A stretch of 64,000 nucleotides of DNA from a bacterium. GTDB lineage: Bacteria; Patescibacteriota; Patescibacteriia; HK-STAS-PATE-3. Under the pieces are notes generated by a model that was not told where the DNA came from, did not search any database, and saw only the letters and a list, made by a program, of their open reading frames with translations. The position numbers were made by a program, and so were the translations under genes. The stretch covers positions 4,065 to 68,064 of the forward strand of contig JAZDMR010000015.1 of NCBI GenBank assembly GCA_043800725.1, given 5' to 3'. Within the stretch, counting starts at the first letter, position 1. Each line of letters begins with the position of its first letter. Positions 57,113 through 64,000 of this stretch are shown here, in pieces.

Positions 57113-59287
57113 ATGTTATTTCTCAGAAAGATGCTTTATAGTCTATCGTGGGTGGGTATAGTCGCAGCCTCTCTTTTGATATTATTGAGATTTATTTTAT
57201 TTAGGGAAATTGATTGGTTAGGAAAAATAGATGTTATCCTAACATTACTTATTCTGATTGATTTCTTGATCCTAGTTACCATTTTGAATGAACCGAAACT
57301 AAAGGTTGAAAAATTTTGGCTTTGGGTATTAATTATCTTATGGTTTTATAATATAGTTTGGGGGGTCTCGTTAAAATACTTCCCATATCCTGGTATCCAA
57401 GAATTTAACGCTACTTTATATTATAGCGTTATTTTATTAGGCTTAATGTCTTTACGATTCGTAAGAAAAAAAATTTATAATTACTTTACATTATTAATAA
57501 AAGAAAACATAAAAATAGAAAATGAAAATAGCAAAGAAAAAATTATTGAAATGGCTCGTCAAAATGAATTTACGAATAAATTTAAAACAGTTAATAAAAT
57601 ACCGTTTATAAGGAACATAGCAAGTTTTTTTTATAAGCAAGGCAATTATTATTCTCTCGGTTTAATTATTGCAGTTATTGTTTTAATAGCTCTAAGCCTT
57701 CCTTTATTTGGTAGGTTTTTAAATGATGATGAATTTCATTTATTTAATGTCGGCAAGGGCATTGTTGAGACGCATCAATGTATTGCCTGGAATTTTTTAC
57801 AAGACGCTCCAGGATATAGCTATCCCAACGACTGTTTGATTTCTAATGTAATTTCAGTATTTTTTTTAATTTTTGGAACCTCACTTTTTAGCGCAAAGAT
57901 TCCTTTTTTAATTTTTTCAGTTATAAATGTATTCTTGTTATATTTTTTAGGAAAGAAGATATTTAATAAAAACATTGCTCTTGCTTTAATATTGTTCTAT
58001 TGTACAAATCCCTTTTTTGTATATCATGCCGGCTATATCAGAATATATGCTATGCTTATTACTTTTTCTTTGTTGGTTTTTATATATATTTTAAAATTAT
58101 TTGAAAAAAATAAGGATAATATTTATTCAAAGACCATTTTGTATACTATTATTCTAATATCATTATTATTTATTGGTTACAAGCTTAGAATAACATTTAT
58201 CACTATTGTGCCGGGTACATTATTACTAATTTCTATTAAAGTAATCAGTTTGATAAAAAACAAGAGTTTAAAAACATATCTCTTTTGTGGTCTTTTGACG
58301 GGAATTATAGCTGTGCCCACACTAATGAGCTATTATCAGTCAAGATTTAGTGGATTTTATGATTACAGCGGTAGATTTGATTGGCACACTTTTAACATAA
58401 CTCTTTTAAATTTTGATCCCCAAATAGCAAAATTATTTTTTTTAGCATTAACCGTGATTTGTTTATTATTCATATTTAAAAAATATATACAAAAAAATAC
58501 GAAACATTCAAAGTGTTTTAGTTTTGAAAGTATAATTTATTTATTAATTTTGTATATATTTATTAATCTTTCCTACGGTTTATTTGTGACCCAGGATAAC
58601 ATGATTCCGCGCTATGCAATATATTTAGTAATTCTTAATATTATTATATTAATACCGGCTATATATATTATTTTATTGCCTCTTGTTAATAAAAAATTAT
58701 CATATTTAATATTAATATTTGTTATAGTTGTTAATAATATTATTTTATGGAAATCAGACACAATTAATGATAAGCTTGGTAGCAAATACAATTACATTGA
58801 TATGTATGATATAACAGGCACAACAAGCCCCACGCGAGCAAAAGAACAATATAAGGTTATGTACGATAAAATTCTTGAAAATATAGAGCCAGAAGATAAC
58901 AAAGTTGCATTAGTAACTGCATTTTTTAACGATCCTCAGTTAGTAGCTTTGGCAAAGTATAAAGATAAAATTGATCTAATTGGAATAGGGGACTACTCTG
59001 GAGCTTACAAATTTGATGATTTACTCCCTGACTATCCTTATAAAGAAATAATGGTTGATAGAGAAAATTATGAAGAACAAGATAACGGTTCCAGACATCC
59101 ATTAAAGAAAGAAGCCCTTGTGGAATTTCAAGGTCAGTATGATAAAATATTTATCACCTGGCCTACAAGAAAAAATTATAAACATGAATACGTATTAGAA
59201 AGTGCCCAGGATCTTGATTTTATCAAAATATCTGGTGAGAATGTCGATCAATCTAATATCGAGATATACTATTACGAGAAAAACTAA
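57113..59287 (+). CDS. Polytopic membrane protein (724 aa, N-terminal about 540 aa TM-rich, soluble C-terminal domain); GT-C-like candidate encoded in a strongly AT-rich island
   Basis: Very low GC. It has many TM helices with Lys/Asn/Ile-rich loops. No family-level motif recognised. Confidence 0.3.
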   Translation: MLFLRKMLYSLSWVGIVAASLLILLRFILFREIDWLGKIDVILTLLILIDFLILVTILNEPKLKVEKFWLWVLIILWFYNIVWGVSLKYFPYPGIQEFNATLYYSVILLGLMSLRFVRKKIYNYFTLLIKENIKIENENSKEKIIEMARQNEFTNKFKTVNKIPFIRNIASFFYKQGNYYSLGLIIAVIVLIALSLPLFGRFLNDDEFHLFNVGKGIVETHQCIAWNFLQDAPGYSYPNDCLISNVISVFFLIFGTSLFSAKIPFLIFSVINVFLLYFLGKKIFNKNIALALILFYCTNPFFVYHAGYIRIYAMLITFSLLVFIYILKLFEKNKDNIYSKTILYTIILISLLFIGYKLRITFITIVPGTLLLISIKVISLIKNKSLKTYLFCGLLTGIIAVPTLMSYYQSRFSGFYDYSGRFDWHTFNITLLNFDPQIAKLFFLALTVICLLFIFKKYIQKNTKHSKCFSFESIIYLLILYIFINLSYGLFVTQDNMIPRYAIYLVILNIIILIPAIYIILLPLVNKKLSYLILIFVIVVNNIILWKSDTINDKLGSKYNYIDMYDITGTTSPTRAKEQYKVMYDKILENIEPEDNKVALVTAFFNDPQLVALAKYKDKIDLIGIGDYSGAYKFDDLLPDYPYKEIMVDRENYEEQDNGSRHPLKKEALVEFQGQYDKIFITWPTRKNYKHEYVLESAQDLDFIKISGENVDQSNIEIYYYEKN

Positions 59288-59334
59288 TTACTCCCTAACC
59301 ATTTTAAGTCAGGTAGAGTTTATTCTGTATAAAC

Positions 59335-60603
59335 TTATCTTTTTAAAAAAGATGGCAGTACCTGTGGTTTAAAAATTAATAAATAGTATATAAAGAAAGC
59401 CATCCAGCTGCTCAACGTTATTGCAACACATATACCGAGAATACCCCATAGATATCCGAAAAGTAATATGAGTAATATTTTCAGTATATCTACAGATATG
59501 CTTTCAATGCTCGTCTCCCTATGTAATAAATGTGATTGAAAAAGCACATCAAATATGTAAGAAACCGCGCTAAACGGGAAAGTTAGAGCTAGTATCATAA
59601 AATATATTTTTGTGATTTGGTAATCTGTCGGGAAAAATAAAGAAATATACCCGTACCCGATTGCTAAAACAATTAGTGTAAAGATAATAGAGATTAAGAA
59701 AAATATTTTTAGCTTGGATTTGATGGATTGTACCAAATCCCCCTTTTTTTGTTTAGCGAAATCCGCATATAATAAAGGATCTATTATTCTTACAACCATA
59801 GCAAATTTATTTCTTAAATTATCAGCCACCGAAAAAGTAGAAAGTGTAGTGTAACCCAAGAATAGCCCTATTATAATTGAGGATATTTTTGTACTCGTTA
59901 TGTTGATTATATTAGCTGGGATCATCTTTAATCCAAATGAAACGCATTTTTTATCGATATTATTTTTTTTGAATTCTGAGAGTAGATGATCTTTTTTGGA
60001 AACATAAATAAACCCTATCCAGCTTAACAGGACCAACGAACCAAATGATGATATAACGAATATTATGATATTATGTGTATAATACGCTGAAGCAAGTGCT
60101 GTTAGATTTACTATTAGACCGATGCTGATTTCCCAAGCGGCTTTTTCTTTGAAACGCTTAGTAGATATTAAATAATTTATAAAACTTGTATTAACAATCT
60201 GGCCGAATATAGCATAGATAAAGACTATGCACAGTAAGATAGCGATTAGACTTGATTGTTGAAGAAAGAAAATGATAATCACAACAAAACCAAAAAGCAT
60301 TACGATCGCTGCTAATCTCAGTCTATAAAAAAAGGCATAAAAAAAAGTACCCTTGAATCCGTTAGCAATGGCTGACTTTACACCATTTGTTATATATGAA
60401 CCAGTGAGAGCCAATACCCAGGTTTCGATAGCTAAGACAAACTGGTACCGTCCATAATCGTCGATAGATAGATTACTTAAAATTATCGGCAAGGTAATCA
60501 TGCTGATCCCTAGCGATACTATCTGCGGGAGAAAAAGAATAACACCACTAGAAAAATATTTTTGCTTCACTTTTAGAATAAATTGAGATATCTCTCTGAA
60601 CAT
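59335..60603 (-). CDS. Wzx-like oligosaccharide flippase (polysaccharide biosynthesis protein, MOP superfamily)
   Basis: 422 aa with about 12 TM. The N-terminal GVILFLPQIVSLGISMITLPIILSNLSIDDYGRYQFVLAIE pattern is typical of Wzx/RfbX proteins. Confidence 0.45.
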   Translation of the reverse strand: MFREISQFILKVKQKYFSSGVILFLPQIVSLGISMITLPIILSNLSIDDYGRYQFVLAIETWVLALTGSYITNGVKSAIANGFKGTFFYAFFYRLRLAAIVMLFGFVVIIIFFLQQSSLIAILLCIVFIYAIFGQIVNTSFINYLISTKRFKEKAAWEISIGLIVNLTALASAYYTHNIIIFVISSFGSLVLLSWIGFIYVSKKDHLLSEFKKNNIDKKCVSFGLKMIPANIINITSTKISSIIIGLFLGYTTLSTFSVADNLRNKFAMVVRIIDPLLYADFAKQKKGDLVQSIKSKLKIFFLISIIFTLIVLAIGYGYISLFFPTDYQITKIYFMILALTFPFSAVSYIFDVLFQSHLLHRETSIESISVDILKILLILLFGYLWGILGICVAITLSSWMAFFIYYLLIFKPQVLPSFLKR

Positions 60604-60604
60604 T

Positions 60605-62104
60605 TTATTTTTTCAAAATGTATATTGTCCTTGTTTTGTTCACACTCCCAATCTTTTCAATATCTGAGAAATATAATTTCGAGAAATGTATAAAATTTGT
60701 ATAATTATATTCTTCAGTCTTTGCCCTTCCCAGAATATTGGTCCATTTTTTGGCCTTAACATCTTTTTCCGAAGGGAACTCAATGATTAAAAACTTTTTA
60801 GTTATTTTGGAAAACGATTCCATAATTGTTTTTAACGATCCGAAATCCTCAGTACGGTGAAATAGATGATGGATTATCCCCATGGCTAATACACAATCAT
60901 ATGAATTGTTTATATCGCTAAATTTTTTGTAGCTAAAAGTACATCCTTCAATGCCTAGGGTATCGATTATTATTTTGCAAGTTTCTATATATTTTTTGTT
61001 GTAATCTATGCCATAACATTTAGTAAACTGGTATTTCAATTTACTCAAAAATACATATAGACCCAGATTAGAACCAATATCCAAGAAGCTGTCTATTTTT
61101 TTTATATCTGCTATTTGGTTCAAAGCCTTATCAACGAGCCTGAATTTTGGTTCAGTATTCCAGAGAGGTTTGGCGTCAATCGACAATGGCGTTATTTGAT
61201 TGTCAGCGATATTATAGTTTTGATAGCCTCTTACCTGCACCTCGTTTTCTTTAGGGAACTTTATAGTGTCGATATGCGCTGATTCTTGAGGCAATTCAAG
61301 GTTGCTATGTTTTAGTAGTTTTTCTATTTCTTGTTTGAGCACTTTCCAGCCAGCTTCAGTCAATAAGTCCGTTTCAGGAGCTGTCGCCCTCCTAATGATA
61401 TCGGTGTAAATAGTATCGTTCATCTCTTTTTGCACAAAATCAATCAATTTATTTAGCTCATCGTCACTGGAATTCTGTGCTGTAGTTGATAATAGAGTGG
61501 TAGTTCTTCTGCCTAAACCATAGTAATAAATGTGTAAAATAAACTGCAGTTTCAGAAAATTATTTTTGGCATAAATAAGGTTTTTTCTTTGTTCTCTGGT
61601 ATTTAAACTATTTTTTTCATTTATCAGCAAAAAAGAATTCCCCCCATAATCTATTAACTTTATCTTTCCGTAATTATTCTCCATATAGTTGCAATGATCG
61701 ACAAAACCAAAATCCCAATAACAGATATTCTTTTTTATTAAATCCATTTCCAAATCACAGATTTGAGTTAAATATTTAATAAAATATTTTGGATCGGTTT
61801 TTGTGTGGTTTAATTTTTCGTAGGGATATATGATAAATTTATCAGAGAATATTTTTAAGCGATACAAATGTTCTGAGTTTACGTTTCTTTTTATAAATTC
61901 CTTGGTTATATCGAGATAACCTTGCCCGAAGACGGAAAGTACTTTTACAACCACGTTCATATTGTCTTTATTGCGACACAAATAAATTCTTCCATCCTTG
62001 CCTTGACCTAATATTTCAACAACCTTATAACTGTTTTTCAGCGTGGCCATCGTTTTAATGTGGTTGTATTTATTACGGATGATTGAATATAGTGTTTTCA
62101 ACAT
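60605..62104 (-). CDS. Bifunctional protein-kinase-like domain + FkbM-type SAM-dependent methyltransferase (WbdD-like glycan-modifying/chain-terminating enzyme candidate)
   Basis: N-terminus: a Gly-rich loop and Lys (ILGQGKDGRIYLCRN...VVVKVL), a catalytic-loop-like DHCNYMENN and a DFG-like LIDYGG. C-terminus: FkbM/class I MTase motif I FLDIGSNLGLYVF and a post-I acidic YGIDYN. Confidence 0.5.
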   Translation of the reverse strand: MLKTLYSIIRNKYNHIKTMATLKNSYKVVEILGQGKDGRIYLCRNKDNMNVVVKVLSVFGQGYLDITKEFIKRNVNSEHLYRLKIFSDKFIIYPYEKLNHTKTDPKYFIKYLTQICDLEMDLIKKNICYWDFGFVDHCNYMENNYGKIKLIDYGGNSFLLINEKNSLNTREQRKNLIYAKNNFLKLQFILHIYYYGLGRRTTTLLSTTAQNSSDDELNKLIDFVQKEMNDTIYTDIIRRATAPETDLLTEAGWKVLKQEIEKLLKHSNLELPQESAHIDTIKFPKENEVQVRGYQNYNIADNQITPLSIDAKPLWNTEPKFRLVDKALNQIADIKKIDSFLDIGSNLGLYVFLSKLKYQFTKCYGIDYNKKYIETCKIIIDTLGIEGCTFSYKKFSDINNSYDCVLAMGIIHHLFHRTEDFGSLKTIMESFSKITKKFLIIEFPSEKDVKAKKWTNILGRAKTEEYNYTNFIHFSKLYFSDIEKIGSVNKTRTIYILKK

Positions 62105-62133
62105 AGGCTTCTATTCTAGCAAAAAACTTAATA

Positions 62134-63189
62134 TTATTTCTTAAATAGTTGTAAATACTGGTCAACGAAAATATCTAGATTGAAAAGTTTTACAGTTTCA
62201 ATGCTTTTGACTGACATTTTGGTGATTTGAGAGTCATTGTCTATCAGATGAGATACTTCTTGGGCCATCTGATCAAAATTTCTATTTTCTACCAAGATAC
62301 CCTGGGCCAGTTTAACGATTTCATTTGTAGCTGAGTTATCATAGGCGACAATTGGTAAGCCGCTAGCCATAGCTTCTACTGTCGTAATACCGAACATTTC
62401 ATGGATTGAGGTAGTTATATAAATCTTCGATTCTGAAAGTAATTGTATTTTTTTGTTTTCAGGAACGTTACCATGGAAGGTGATGTAGTCATCTAGGTAC
62501 AAATTTGAAACAAGTTTCAATGTTTGGTCATAGTACCCTTGCCTAACTGTTTCATAACCACCAATTATATCAAGGTGAATCTTGGGATTTATTTTATGGA
62601 GCCGATAGAACATTTTTATCAAATCGAAGTAGTTTTTTCGGGAGCAGATTCTGCCAATTGTTATTATATTGTATCTTTTGAAGTCGCTTTTTTTATAACG
62701 ATCGATCTGAACCGGATTATAGATAACTTTAATTCTATCAAGATACTTACCGCATAAAGATACCCTCTTAGCATAATGAGAAACGGCCACTAAATTATCG
62801 TAAAGCCATGCTACTACGAATGGTATTCTTTTTATAATCCAATTAGGATATTCCGAAACGCTACCACAGAAGACTAGATTGGTAATTAATTTACTCCTAA
62901 AAATTTTAAAGAAAAAAGTAAGGTAAAAATAGTTCTTATAGGGCTCGAAGACACACAAAATATCAATTTTACATTTGAATAGTATTTTTAAATAATTCTT
63001 CCAGTTTAAATAGTAAACATGAAAATTGTCCTCAAAAGAGTAATTTAACGTCTGATAATCTTGGTGCTCGGCCAATATATAAATTTTGCTGTTTTTATCT
63101 TTTTCAATCAGGCCGGTACCAAGATGTCTCATGATAACGGGTATGCCGCCGTTTATTTTGCTGTATTTATAAAAGAATAGATAATTCAT
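62134..63189 (-). CDS. GT4-family glycosyltransferase
   Basis: HEMFGITTVEAMASGLPIVAYDNSATNEIV (EX7E). 351 aa and AT-rich. Confidence 0.6.
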   Translation of the reverse strand: MNYLFFYKYSKINGGIPVIMRHLGTGLIEKDKNSKIYILAEHQDYQTLNYSFEDNFHVYYLNWKNYLKILFKCKIDILCVFEPYKNYFYLTFFFKIFRSKLITNLVFCGSVSEYPNWIIKRIPFVVAWLYDNLVAVSHYAKRVSLCGKYLDRIKVIYNPVQIDRYKKSDFKRYNIITIGRICSRKNYFDLIKMFYRLHKINPKIHLDIIGGYETVRQGYYDQTLKLVSNLYLDDYITFHGNVPENKKIQLLSESKIYITTSIHEMFGITTVEAMASGLPIVAYDNSATNEIVKLAQGILVENRNFDQMAQEVSHLIDNDSQITKMSVKSIETVKLFNLDIFVDQYLQLFKK

Positions 63190-63929
63190 TGATTGAGCTG
63201 ATTAATCTTGTCCGCTAGCCATTTTTGGTCATGAAAGTGTAAGTCACGGTCGTGTAAAAGAAAACACCCCCTCCTGTCATCTATGAACTCGATATCATTG
63301 AGCTTAACATCTGAGTCTATCATGTATCGGTTGCAGATTATTTTTTTAATATTTGTTTTCTTTAGGGAATTGTATGTTTTAATGCTCCACACATTACCAG
63401 GAGGTACAAATATTGTAATGGGTTTCTCAAAATATTCCTCCAGGATTTTTTGTGATTGAGTGATGTGTTGCTCGTGTACTGTCTGATCTAGATACGGCCA
63501 GAACTCTCTATGAAATTCTCGATTTGAGTAAAGCAGGCGAGGTAAATGTTTACCGACAACACAATGCGTTAAACCATGGTTGGCAATAATAATCTCTCCT
63601 CTCTTAAAAGCGTCTTTTAATACTTTAGCTTGAGCCGAAAACTTTTTATTGAAAGGGATTAAGTTTGATTTTTCATCAACCCATGCGGCGGTTACTGAAA
63701 TAATAGGGACAATTGAATTCCGCTTGAACAGCTCTATTACTTTTTCCCAGGTATCGCTGCTTACTTCTGGATAAGGTCCCCATGTCCTAAATGGCTTGAT
63801 GCGCTTGAAAAACCATAAATTAGCTAGGGGAAAATAAAAATATAGGATTTTGTGCAAATAGAATCTCTTTTTTCCGTATTGATTGAACCGCTTGGTCGAT
63901 GCTCCAACATCATCTATTCTCCAAAGCAT
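63186..63929 (-). CDS. Polysaccharide-deacetylase-like protein (DUF2334-like)
   Basis: An N-terminal RIDDVGAS motif resembles the DUF2334/PgaB-like deacetylase N-terminal DD motif. His-containing segments (ANHGLTHC) are present. 4-nt overlap with the upstream GT4. Confidence 0.35.
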   Translation of the reverse strand: MLWRIDDVGASTKRFNQYGKKRFYLHKILYFYFPLANLWFFKRIKPFRTWGPYPEVSSDTWEKVIELFKRNSIVPIISVTAAWVDEKSNLIPFNKKFSAQAKVLKDAFKRGEIIIANHGLTHCVVGKHLPRLLYSNREFHREFWPYLDQTVHEQHITQSQKILEEYFEKPITIFVPPGNVWSIKTYNSLKKTNIKKIICNRYMIDSDVKLNDIEFIDDRRGCFLLHDRDLHFHDQKWLADKINQLNQ

Positions 63930-64000
63930 ATTTATTTCTTAATACAAATAAAAAGACCCGTATAATAAGCGGAGTTTGTTTTTTTGTCATTGAGAAATAA

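Overview
The window reads as a compact, gene-dense bacterial segment that is almost entirely + strand until about 50 kb. Its gene content suggests an uncultivated, possibly Patescibacteria/CPR-like organism (many secreted modular proteins, C39-like peptidase, DUF2207, strong GGAGG-type RBSs); that placement is inference only.

Called content, in order:
- 1-5.1 kb: a remnant division/cell-wall cluster (FtsL-like, PBP/FtsI transpeptidase, MurF ligase) interrupted by a minus-strand membrane protein.
- 6.2-7.3 kb: a type II toxin-antitoxin pair (XRE-HTH + Panacea/DUF4065 antitoxin, then a RelE/ParE-fold toxin).
- 7.6-10.9 kb: an asparaginase-family protein, a nucleoside-deoxyribosyltransferase-like protein and a DUF2207 membrane protein.
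- 11.5-16.9 kb: two large secreted proteins. One is GH5-like with CBM/FN3/cadherin-like domains; the other carries FN3 plus a six-bladed FG-GAP-like propeller. Both contain an unusual 6-Cys W-rich module.
- 17.7-19.3 kb: a PspC / LiaF-like envelope-stress pair.
- 19.3-30.8 kb: housekeeping genes (VOC, CYTH, PRTase, dtd, xseA/xseB, dnaX, tRNA-Gln).
- 31-39 kb: a secreted-protein cluster with two paralogous TSP3-like Ca-binding-repeat proteins, a degenerate HtrA/PDZ protein and an S8 subtilase fused to the same FG-GAP propeller.
- 39-64 kb: a large glycan-assembly locus. It holds GtrA/GtrB-like genes, a UDP-xylose branch (Ugd + UXS), six GT4s, a second GT2, several GT-C-like polytopic membrane proteins, MurJ- and Wzx-like flippases, and a kinase-methyltransferase fusion.

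The last ~7 kb of the glycan locus is markedly AT-rich and looks horizontally acquired. Several unannotated structured intergenic elements and one SD-led 33-codon ORF are also noted. No rRNA, CRISPR array, transposase or integrase was seen.
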